From positions 992,001 to 1,056,000 of the forward strand of contig CATNEN010000032.1 in assembly GCA_950097015.1 (NCBI GenBank): DNA of 64,000 bases. Direction: 5' to 3'. The DNA is from Macrostomum hystrix. Its lineage: Eukaryota; Animalia; Platyhelminthes. A model generated the notes under the pieces. It saw only the letters and a list, made by a program, of their open reading frames with translations. It was not told the DNA's origin and ran no database searches. Of the stretch, positions 40,823-52,104 are shown in pieces (position 1 is the stretch's first letter; every line of letters starts with the position of its first letter). The translations under genes were made by a program, and so were the position numbers.

Positions 40823-43800
40823 TCATATTCCCCACTCATTTAGCTGTCTAGGGCCAAAAGCACTCGGTGTCTCGATCGAAGCCTCGGTCAATAAACGAGA
40901 CACCTCTTGCTTCTGCCCGCTAGACAACAACATAAATGGGGAATATATACCATTTATTTCTAGCGACAACAAGTTTGTTCGGGCAGTGGATGTGGCAGTG
41001 GATCGGGCAGTGGATCGGGCAGTAGATGTGGCAGCGTATGTGCCAGTAGATGTGACTGTGGGTCGGGCAGTGGATGTGGCAGTGGATATGGCAGTCGGTG
41101 TGGCAGTGGATATGGCAGTAGGTGTGGCAGTGGATGTTGCAGTGGATCGGGCAGTGGATGGGGCAGTGGATGTGGCAGTGGATGTGGCAGTGGATCGGGC
41201 AGTGGATGTGGCATCGGATGTGCCAGTAGATGTGGCAGTGGATGTGGCAGTGGATGTGGCAGTGGATCGGGCAGTGGATGTGGCAGTGGATGTGGCAGTG
41301 GATGTGGCAGTGGATGTGGCAGTGGATGTGGCAGTGGATGTGGCAGTGGATGTGGCAGTGGATCGGGCAGTAGATGTGGCAGCGTATGTGCCAGTAGATG
41401 TGACTGTTGGTCGGGCAGTGGATGTGGCAGTGGATCGGGCAGTGGATGTGGCAGTGGATGTGGCAGTGGATGTGGCAGTGGATGTGGCAGTGGATCGGGC
41501 AGTGGATGTGGCAGTGGATGTGGCAGTGGATGTGGCAGTGGATGTGGCAGTGGATGTGGCAGTGGATGTAGCAGTGGATGTAGCAGTGGATCTGGCAGTG
41601 GATCGGGCAGTGGATGTGGCAGCGTATGTGCCAGTAGATGTGACTGTTGGTCGGGCAGTGGATGTGGCAGTGGATGTGGCAGTGGATGTGGCAGTGGATC
41701 GGGCAGTAGATGTGGCAGCGTATGTGCCAGTAGATGTGACTGTTGGTCGGGCAGTGGATGTGGCAGTGGATCGGGCAGTGGATGTGGCAGTGGATCGGGC
41801 AGTGGATGTGGCAGTGGATGTGGCAGTGGATGTGGCAGTGGATGTGGCAGTGGATGTGGCAGTGGATGTGGCAGTGGATGTGGCAGTGGATGTGGCAGTG
41901 GATCGGGCAGTAGATGTGGCAGCGTATGTGCCAGTAGATGTGACTGTTGGTCGGGCAGTGGATGTGGCAGTGGATATGGCAGTGGATGAGGCAGTGGATG
42001 TGGCAGTGGATGTGGCAGTGGATGTGGCAGTGGATCGGGCAGTGGATGTGGCATCGGATGTGCCAGTAGATGTGGCAGTGGATGTGGCAGTGGATGTGGC
42101 AGTGGATGTAGCAGTGGATGTAGCAGTGGATCTGGCAGTGGATCGGGCAGTGGATGTGGCAGCGTATGTGCCAGTAGATGTGACTGTTGGTCGGGCAGTG
42201 GATGTGGCAGTGGATATGGCAGTGGATAAGGCAGTGGATGTGGCAGTGGATGTGGCAGTGGATGTGGCAGTGGATCGGGCAGTAGATGTGGCAGCGTATG
42301 TGCCAGTAGATGTGACTGTTGGTCGGGCAGTGGATGTGGCAGTGGATCGGGCAGTGGATGTGGCAGTGGATCGGGCAGTGGATGTGGCAGTGGATGTGGC
42401 AGTGGATGTGGCAGTGGATGTGGCAGTGGATGTGGCAGTGGATGTGGCAGTGGATGTGGCAGTGGATGTGGCAGTGGATGTGGCAGTGGATGTAGCAGTG
42501 GATGTGGCAGTGGATGTGGCAGTGGATCGGGCAGTGGATGTGGCAGTGGATCGGGCAGTGGATGTGGCAGTGGATGTGGCAGTGGATGTGGCAGTGGATG
42601 TGGCAGTGGATGTGGCAGTGGATGTGGCAGTGGATGTGGCAGTGGATGTGGCAGTGGATGTAGCAGTGGATGTGGCAGTGGATCGGGCAGTGGATGTGGC
42701 AGTGGATCGGGCAGTGGATGTGGCAGTGGATGTGGCAGTGGATGTGGCAGTGGATGTGGCAGTGGATGTGGCAGTGGATGTGGCAGTGGATGTAGCAGTG
42801 GATGTGGCAGTGGATCGGGCAGTGGATGTCGCAGTGGATCGGGCAGTGGATGTGGCAGTGGATATGGCAGTGGATGTGGCAGTGGATGTGGCAGTGGATG
42901 TGGCAGTGGATGTGGCAGTGGATGTGGCAGTGGATGTGGCAGTGGATCGGGCAGTAGATGTGGCAGCGTATGTGCCAGTAGATGTAACTGTTGGTCGGGC
43001 AGTGGATGTGGCAGTGGATATGGCAGTGGATGAGGCAGTGGATGTGGCAGTGGATGTGGCAGTGGATGTGGCAGTGGATCGGGCAGTGGATGTGGCATCG
43101 GATGTGCCAGTAGATGTGGCAGTGGATGTGGCAGTGGATGTGGCAGTGGATGTGGCAGTGGATGTGGCAGTGGATGTGGCAGTGGATGTGGCAGTGGATG
43201 TGGCAGTGGATGTAGCAGTGGATGTGGCAGTGGATGTAGCAGTGGATGTGGCAGTGGATCGGGCAGTAGATGTGGCAGCGTATGTGCCAGTAGATGTGGC
43301 AGTGGATGTGGCAGTGGATGTGGCAGTGGATGTGGCAGTGGATGTGGCAGTGGATGTGGCAGTGGATGTGGCAGTGGATGTGGCAGTGGATGTGGCAGTG
43401 GATCGGGCAGTGAATGGGGCAGTGGATTTGGCAGTGGATGTGGCAGTGGATCGGGCAGTGGATGTGGCAGTGGATCGGGCAGTGGATGGGGCAGTGGATG
43501 TGGCAGTGGATGTGGCAGTGTATCGGGCAGTGGATGTGGCAGTGGATCGGGCAGTGGATGTGGCAGTGGATGTGGCAGTGGATGTGGCAGTGGATGTGGC
43601 AGTGGATGTGGCAGTGGATGTGGCAGTGGATGTAGCAGTGGATGTGGCAGTGGATCGGGCAGTGGATGTCGCAGTGGATCGGGCAGTGGATGTGGCAGTG
43701 GATATGGCAGTGGATGTGGCAGTGGATGTGGCAGTGGATGTGGCAGTGGATGTGGCAGTGGATGTGGCAGTGGATGTGGCAGTGGATCGGGCAGTAGATG

Positions 43801-45517
43801 TGGCAGCGTATGTGCCAGTAGATGTAACTGTTGGTCGGGCAGTGGATGTGGCAGTGGATATGGCAGTGGATGAGGCAGTGGATGTGGCAGTGGATGTGGC
43901 AGTGGATGTGGCAGTGGATCGGGCAGTGGATGTGGCATCGGATGTGCCAGTAGATGTGGCAGTGGATGTGGCAGTGGATGTGGCAGTGGATGTGGCAGTG
44001 GATGTGGCAGTGGATGTGGCAGTGGATGTGGCAGTGGATGTGGCAGTGGATGTAGCAGTGGATGTGGCAGTGGATGTAGCAGTGGATGTGGCAGTGGATC
44101 GGGCAGTAGATGTGGCAGCGTATGTGCCAGTAGATGTGGCAGTGGATGTGGCAGTGGATGTGGCAGTGGATGTGGCAGTGGATGTGGCAGTGGATGTGGC
44201 AGTGGATGTGGCAGTGGATGTGGCAGTGGATGTGGCAGTGGATCGGGCAGTGAATGGGGCAGTGGATTTGGCAGTGGATGTGGCAGTGGATCGGGCAGTG
44301 GATGTGGCAGTGGATCGGGCAGTGGATGGGGCAGTGTATCGGGCAGTGGATATGGCAGTGGATCGGGCAGTGGATGTGGCAGTGGATCGGGCAGTGAATG
44401 GGGCAGTGGATGTGGCAGTGGATGTGGCAGTGTATGTGGCAGTGGATCGGGCAGTGGATGGGGCAGTGTATCGGGCAGTGGATGTGGCAGTGTATCGGGC
44501 AGTGGATGTGGCAGTGGATCGGGCAGTGGATGTGGCAGTGGATCGGGCAATGGATGTGCCAGTAGATGTGGCAGTGGATGTGGCAGTGGATGTGGCAGTG
44601 GATGTGGCAGTGGATCGGGCAATGGTTGTGGCAGTGGATCGAGCAGTGGACTTGCTGTCCTGCGCTGGAGTTCCGCTAGCGCCAGTCGAACAGCCAGCGC
44701 GCAGACTGGCTGTGATGGCCGTAGACAAAGCGCGCTTCTGCGCCACCGACGTCCGCTTTGTGTACCGGACGGCGCTGTGACCTGATAGCGTCTGGATCAT
44801 TTCAGCGCTGAATCCAGCCTCAGACAAACTTGTAATGGTCGTAGCGCGAATAGAATGGTTGGTATAGATCTGAGACAGTCCAGCAAGCTGCGATATGGTC
44901 CTCATCATCTCGGCCAGCGTATTCTTGCCGAGTACGTCCTTCTTACAGTACCAGTTGCCATCAAGCCATTTGGTGCTCGGAAACAGACAGTTGCTTCCGG
45001 CAGGCAGCTTCGACAGATAAAATTTCACAGCCTCCACCGGGCAAACGGTCTTGTCCTGCGCAGGAAATATTCAAATTTCCCGCTTGGAGTCCAGGGCCTT
45101 GGCAGACACGGTTTTCTCCTTTTTCTACTTCTTCAAGTCGATGCACGGCAAACCGTCAGAAATTTCACGCACGGTGACGTCCTCTCTTGTCAGACTTCTC
45201 ATCCAGTCACGACCCCTGAAGCCGAAATGCAAGCTAATCAAGAAAAACACTTCCTGTTGCAGCTTCTAAGGCGTCCCTCTGTCGAAATACTTGTCCAACT
45301 TTGCCAGGTCACTAGCCTCCAGCGCAGGATATCCTCTGTAACCGTCCAGAACAGAGGCCGGCTGCTTCAGTGCATAGGTCAGAGCCGCCTTGAACGTTCT
45401 CTGGAAGGCAATGAACTCAGCGTTGCTGATAATATGCAGGCCACGAATGTGCACCATGTAGCGGTGGATTCTGGTACGCATGCAGACAAGTGTACTGCAG
45501 CTGTGCGGCGTATCCAT
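40823..45517 (-). pseudogene. Crypton-type (DUF3504-like) tyrosine recombinase with 3 in-frame stops, continuing in frame into a Ser/Thr repeat tail
   Basis: One reading frame from 45517: STLVCMRTRIHRY...EF, *KLQQEVFFLISLHFGFRGRD (catalytic R), CPVEAVKFY, LGKNTL, YTNHSIRAT (HxxR), SGH...Y. Stops TAG (~45268), TAG (~45127) and TGA (~45073). Confidence 0.85.
40979..44650. repeat. 12-bp minisatellite, about 3.7 kb (ACTGCCACATCC on the minus strand, coding TATS/TARS)
   Basis: (GGATGTGGCAGT)n with recurring variants; includes an 840-bp higher-order duplication (line 42781 equals line 43621). Confidence 0.97.
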
Positions 45518-46892
45518 TATCCATTATTCCATTACCATTTTAGTGTAATACAATGGATTATGGCAAATGAGTAGCCACTGTGGTCATTGACACAGCTTGA
45601 GTCTGTGGTTGAGGTGTTACCTATAGCATTCAATTATTGACGACATTATTATGTCCATTTCAATACAATGAATTATTACTGCAGTATATGTTAAGGATTC
45701 GATAACTCATAAAAATACTTCAATGAAATCTACATATCATGAAATGACCAAACCACATGTAGGACATCGATCTGTCTGTAGATGTGTTTCGTGCACGCTA
45801 AAGTAAGTATATAAGTAAAATGGTTTATTATCACTATTTTATAATACTTTTTTGCATTTGACTTTTCAAAAGCTAGGAATAAATAAACAAACTGAGCATC
45901 TGATTGCAGAGCAGAGTGCAGGCGCAAATGGTTACTCACATTGTTACAATCGTTTTGCTTTCTCATGCCAATTCCTGTCAATTTTTTTCTGCCCGGTTTC
46001 TATATAAAAATATTTAATGATGTGGGCATATTCCCAAAGAGGCATTGGCCTGGCATTGCGATTCGCTTCACAGCCATTACCAGGCAAAGCAGCCGTCATG
46101 ACTTTATGCAGAGTCATTGATAATTATATCCATTTGGTATATGAGCTAGACAAGATCAGTTTAAAATCAATAGTAGCTAAAAAGCTATTGCCAAAGACTA
46201 TTATACACAACGTATATTCGCGATAAAACGATATAGGTAAAATGAATAAACGAATGAAATAGGGTCACAGAGGGTGGGGCGAGATAGACAGAAAGAGACG
46301 AGAGATGGGGCCCGAGAGAGACAGGGAGGCAAAGAGAGGCGGGAAAATTAGGTGATGAGTTAATTATGTACTCTCGTAGATGCACGTAAGACACATCATG
46401 TAGAGGGAGAGAAATTTGGGCTAAAAGACTAAAGAGAAGAGAATGAGCTGAGTTTTATTTTCTAAATCCATTGTTTTATGTTACTATCCAAAGTGAGAGT
46501 TCCAACAAAGTAGTCAATTGTGGAGCCTATATGTGGAGTGGATATATAATTATATCCTTTGTATAAAACAAATGCATGCTATACATCACTTTCTAATAAA
46601 TGTAATAAAAACTGCAAAGATACCCTAGATACTGTACACAATTCACATGGAAGAAGTCAGAAAACGCCACATGTATTGGAATAACAGTTATTCTAATATC
46701 CGTGGAAAACACTAATTCTATACAATATGTCGATATATATATGTACAATTGATTTAAGGAGATCGCTAGGTGACATGGGTTACAGCTGAAGAGTGAGAGG
46801 GAGAGTAAGTAGAGATATATATTAGAGAGAGAGAGGGGGAGATATATAAAGAGAGAGGAAGATAGAGGGACATAAGTAGATTTAGATAGAGA

Positions 46893-48548
46893 CAAGGACT
46901 ACTAAACAACACAGGACGTTGCAATCGCGTTTTGTGCAAATTTTTCAGAAGGCTGGCTAAATGATGCTAAAAGTCTATGGCATATGCTTTATTAATATAT
47001 GCACGTAGCTCAATAGGAACTTTCAGGCAAATATTTTAGGATTCAAAATGTGTATTTAAATGAACATTTTTACGAATTCTGTGCAGTTACAGGTATTAAA
47101 TGAAGCAGACACAAGAAACTAAAGTATATTCTGTACTAACATATGGCACAACCAAACAAAAAAACTAAACCAAACAAGGAAATCAGAACCAAACATACGG
47201 CATATTTGCAACGGACTTAGTTTTAAATGTACAATCTTACGTAAAACTACCAAGGCTGTCATAATATTAAGTGTAGCAAAACTAGCGTGTTGACAGCAAC
47301 TTTCTCAGTCTTCTTTCATTTGCTCCTGTTTGTAACCTTACTTCGCTCTCTCTACGCACGAATCGCTTGAAAAAACAATTTGATAGTCTTCGAGAAACTT
47401 GAACTAGCTTTATTGGACCAACTGGTACGTCAAGAAACGACTCGAAAATAAGCAAAAAGACTCGAACGATGTAATTCACGCATTGCGACTTGCTTGTCAA
47501 GAAATACGTGTAGCAAAAGCAGGCGTACACTACCAGCCATTCGGGTGGATATCTGAGTCTGCCTCGAGATAACAGCGCTGTAAACTCACTGTCTTCAGGT
47601 AGGCTATCTCGCCCCGGCTCCGGCATCCTTGGAAAGTTTTCCTTATGTGCTATGTAACCACAAATGTAGTAGATGGATGCCCTCTCTTCTGAACTTACGT
47701 GGTCGACTCGGATATGTAGATCATCAAATTTCCTCACGTCAGCATGATACACTTCTGCTCTGCAACATTCGGACTCACTGTGGTCAACCTGATCGCATTG
47801 AAGCTCGCCGTAGATCTGCATTCGACGTAAGCGTGCACTAGAGAGAATTTGATCCACCGAAATGTAATAGCACCCACCGTGACCTTGGCACCCACCGTGA
47901 CCTTGTCGGTATATCGAAAATACGCCTTCTAGCCGATCCGATTGCAATTCACCTAAAAATTCAATAATAAATATTAGCTAAAGAATCCTCAGCTTAACAT
48001 AAATTGGACTCCAGCGCATGCGTGGATTACACTCACCCAGCAGTACATAAGAGAAGCCGCAGTTTGTTGGTTTTGTGTATAGTGCTGAAATTGAGCCTCA
48101 ATAGTCTTTATACAATCACTGTCTGAACCCACTGTGCCGAGACCTCCAAGATGTCTTCTCAATGTCGCAGGATGCGGTAGGTGTAAGGTTTTTCTGCAGA
48201 CACGGTAGCTCTGACGGCTTGAAAAGTACAAACTTGCAGACATTAGAATGTCTTTAGATTCATATCTTGTGTTGGCAGACGACGTAAAACATAGCTCCAC
48301 TTGCCTAGCAATGAAATCACGCTAGCATCTGTCTTCTGCAGGACTAAAAAACTAATAACGAACTGAGATAGAAAAACAGACTAGGACAACTAAAAGTAAA
48401 AGGCTAAACTATATGCGTTCCTTTTGAGCTACGTGATTTTATTATATAATAAAGCAAATGCCATAGACTTTTAGCATCATTTAGCCAGCCTTCTGAAAAA
48501 TTTGCACAAAACGCGATTGCAACGTCCTGTGTTGTTTAGTAGTCCTTG
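46893..48548 (-). mobile_element. P-superfamily (THAP9-like) DNA transposon, internally deleted, 1656 bp
   Basis: TIRs start CAAGGACTAC, perfect for 91 bp and imperfect to ~125 bp; 8-bp TSD GATAGAGA (46885-46892 and 48549-48556). Transposase remnants: LYFSSRQSYRVCRKTLHLPHPATLRR and YVLLG|ELQSDRLEGVFSIYRQ...YYICGYIAHK...LLSRGRLRYP. Confidence 0.93.
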
Positions 48549-49844
48549 GATAGAGAGACAGATGGAGGGAGATCCCTCCATAACAGTATTGATGTATTTT
48601 TTATGTAAAAGTCGTTCCTCTTTAGGATTTAGATAATAGAGAGAAATATAGAAAACTCCTAACTTTCCGGTCTAACTTGTGAAGTGTAAATTTTTTTTTA
48701 TCAGAGAAAAGTCTACTGATATTTTTTGTTTAACTAGATATTTCGTAACGTACAGTTTTTTGAATCTTTGTGTGTGCAGCATGGGTCTGGCCCTCGGTAA
48801 TAGAAATAAACTGAATAATGTTGGCAAAACAGGCTTCTTAATTGCCTGAGCCAAATCGACTACTACGACTAATACTGTTAGGTTATATTTTCAAAATGAA
48901 ATATGAAAAGTATATATATATTTGCTATTTTATTTATGAAACTATTTTCAGGAGTTTAGGCATAGTGTTTTAGAGTTAAAGTTTCAGGTTAGATAGACCT
49001 ATGTTTTGCCATCATTTCACATACTCCATTGAGTTGTTATAAGTTCGTATTAACAATATGATTGGCCACACAGTTTTACAATTACATTTTCATGATTTCT
49101 TCATGGCCTTTACCCTGAACTTTAGCATTTAGTATTTTATTGCATTTTATTATAAATTAAAATTTAATTTTTTGAAAAAGAAATCTATAAAAATATCCTA
49201 TGTCCAGAAAGCGTTTCCTTGATAATCTAAGTTTCCAACTTCTTAAAATATTTAGCTCAAAGAAAACTATCTATTAGTAAGTGAAATGGCCAATGGACAT
49301 GACTGCTTAGCTATTTTCTATTTTTTGTCCTAGCTATTGCCAAATATGAGCATATATTTGTATGCTGAATGCAATCCAGATATTAATAGCACTAATTAAT
49401 TGGTCCTTTATCAAAGCCTATATTTAGGCTTTATAAAAATATAATCTAGCTTTCTCATTTTCACATATTTAAAGATATTTTTAGTCAACTCTTGAAGTTT
49501 TAGCTAGAGTTTATTAAGAATAAGTTAAAGTCGTACTAACTTATTTGCCTTTGCTGCAAAGGGCTTAGGCAACTTAAATTCTAGTTTTCAATTAATTTTA
49601 GCTTTTAATAACATATATATCAGTTACATTTTACTGTCTAATATAAAAAAAGTTTTTTTCTAATTTACATTTTTACAACTTGCTCATTTTGTTTTCATGT
49701 GTCATTTTAATTTAACTTTATATTCTAGTGATATTTTCATTTAACAAAACAGATAATTGTTGGATCTTTGCAAAGTTTAGATTTTATTATATGTTCCATG
49801 TTATTTCTCTGATAAAAAACTCTACAGACAGCTACCTAACAGAA

Positions 49845-51663
49845 ATGAACTCTACAAAGCTACCAGCTGGTGTTGGCTCTGGAAAGACACTGCATTTCCT
49901 TACTAAAGCATTTGTACATCGCGACTACAGCCAGGGCACTCAGTTGCGCTTTTCCACAGAACTGCCAGCTAAGCTACGAGGTCGCATACCAGAGGCTATA
50001 TTCGCCGCAGTCATTGGAAACATCAACCAGCTACTGTCTGCAGCTGAGGCTGGGTCTGCCAGTGTCTACCTGGAGAGCTGCTTCGCCTGCCTCACTGGCT
50101 ACTTGGCTTATCTCTGCATTAAGACGCAGTATGAAAAGGTTTGCCCTACTGCATTGTAGAGTGAAATTCAGTGATTCCTTTAATCCTAAAACATTTAGCT
50201 CCCCCAGTTTTGGATGCAACGATTTAATCACTCCTTTGTCATACGACCCTCCATCTCATTTATCTATCTACTCTTAATAATAAATCGCATTTTGCCCTCT
50301 GCAACGAAGAATACAATATCCTCGTTTACAAACTTGTAATAGCACAAGCCGCACAAAATAAAGTTATAATTTTATTTGGTGGCCAATGAAAGTTGCGTTT
50401 CCTTGAATAAGATGAAATTGTTTGGTTTAAAAATTAGCTAAGCCATCGGAAAAACCTTTCCTTAATGAGCATGACAATGCAATGAATTGAATTGACACGC
50501 AGGTGAAGATGAAAGTAGTAAATTTTTGCTAAATAGCAAACAGCAACAAAGCTTTCGACAGCCGCTCAAGATAAGGAGTTGCGCTCGGAATGCTGTAAAA
50601 ATTGTCTCAACTGCACACAAATATGTAGCATTAGTCATTATGACTCATTAATCAACGTCCACCAGCACCCAGTCATTATGCTCTACTCTGCTCTTCCGAT
50701 TGAACAATAGCCGATGTCAGTGTCGCCTTTAGCTGGGTGATTGTAGCATCGGCTGATGGTGTGCGCGCTGGAACTTTTTCGAGAGCTTGGAGTCTTGAGC
50801 CGGGGTGTTGTAGAGGCTCCGCGATCTTCGATTAGTTCCCGATTTGTTGAACTCTACCTCTGAAACTACACCGGTGTCAGTTTGAGTTGTCAATGATTGC
50901 ACCAGACTTGAAGACCACTCGATGACTGAGGACAATCATTATTGTGATAGCAAACCGGGACTTGGTTAGCTTCAGTCGTAAGTGGTACGTGAAAAATATT
51001 TGACACTATTGACACATCAAGCTCTACGGCACCAGCTGCTCGAGTCGTTGAGACGTCGCTGGCAGTGGCACATTCAAATGGCATAGAATTGAAATAGAAA
51101 ATTCCATGGTGGTCGATGGAAGTTGCATTTTTCTTGATCATCGGCCTCGTCCTGCTAATAGAAGCTAATAGACATTTCTAAAAAGTCCAGACATAATCGG
51201 ACTATCTCATTCGTCCAATCGATTACAATAGGTGACGCCTAGTCATCATGACTCCATGCGTTTCTTTGTGAAGTCTGGCTTGGTTGCCACGGAAAAAATG
51301 TCAGAGATTAGATTTTTACTTCGACAACCGTGACAGCGACACACTCGCCGACCAAGAGCTCACCAAAATTACAGAGAATGATTTTAAATTTCAGCGATAT
51401 CTTTATTTCCAAAAGAAAATAACAAAGACAGTTCAGTGCAACCAAGCATTTAAAATTTTAGAGTGTCGAAAATAATTAAGAAAATAATGTCATTCTCAAC
51501 CCACCTGCCCGTCCACCCAAACCCGGTCGTGTAGTGTCTGCGCGCAGTCAGCCTCCTGGTTGAAGAGTACAACCGCACCGTGTTCCAACCGCGCCACCTG
51601 ACCATGGTCGATCCAAGCGAGCGGGGACTTCGTGTTATCGAGATTTTAGTAATGCGCCAGTGA
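49845..51663 (+). CDS. GOLGA7: Golgin A7 / Erf4 palmitoyltransferase cofactor, 140 aa; exons 49845-50138 and 51535-51663
   Basis: KAFVHRDYSQGTQLRF; YLESCFACLTGY...CIKTQYEK|CLRAVS...YNRTVFQPRHLTMVDPSERGLRVIEI; phase-0 GT-AG intron. Confidence 0.93.
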
Positions 51664-52104
51664 GTTTTGCTTAACTACATTCTATGTACATGAGAACTTG
51701 CGTGACAACGGTTGATCACCAGGCTGCATTGCTCTAACTTATTGGCTTATTGTTTTACTATTGCATTTTATTTCTGAGGCGCAAATCGTATTTTTCTTGC
51801 TTTGTTTTGATAAGTATTCTGAACTTCTCTGACATAAAAGAACATAATTAGAATTTTCTAGATTATATTAGCTTACCTAAGATAACTAACTTTTCAGATG
51901 ACTATACTACCAATCGAGATATGAATTCAAAATAAAAATGTTTGCAATGCATCTATCAGCTTGAGTACAACTTTATAAATTAATTTTAAAGTACGTCACT
52001 GCTTATTAAATATTAATAGTTTTTTATTTTATTCTTGTAGATTCCGTTGGAGCTAGTGATTCAAAATATCTATAAATTATGTTTATCGAGGGCTTCGGTA
52101 GATC

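Noticed and set aside
40960-44780. PHPL (1220 aa) and VDVA (1264 aa) ORFs
   Set aside because: Alternative frames of the 12-mer array with no unique flanking coding sequence.
45073-45270. Targeted C-to-T hypermutation of the Crypton ORF (all three stops could derive from CAG or CGA)
   Set aside because: These are among the commonest routes to nonsense codons; three events without a consensus sequence are not evidence.
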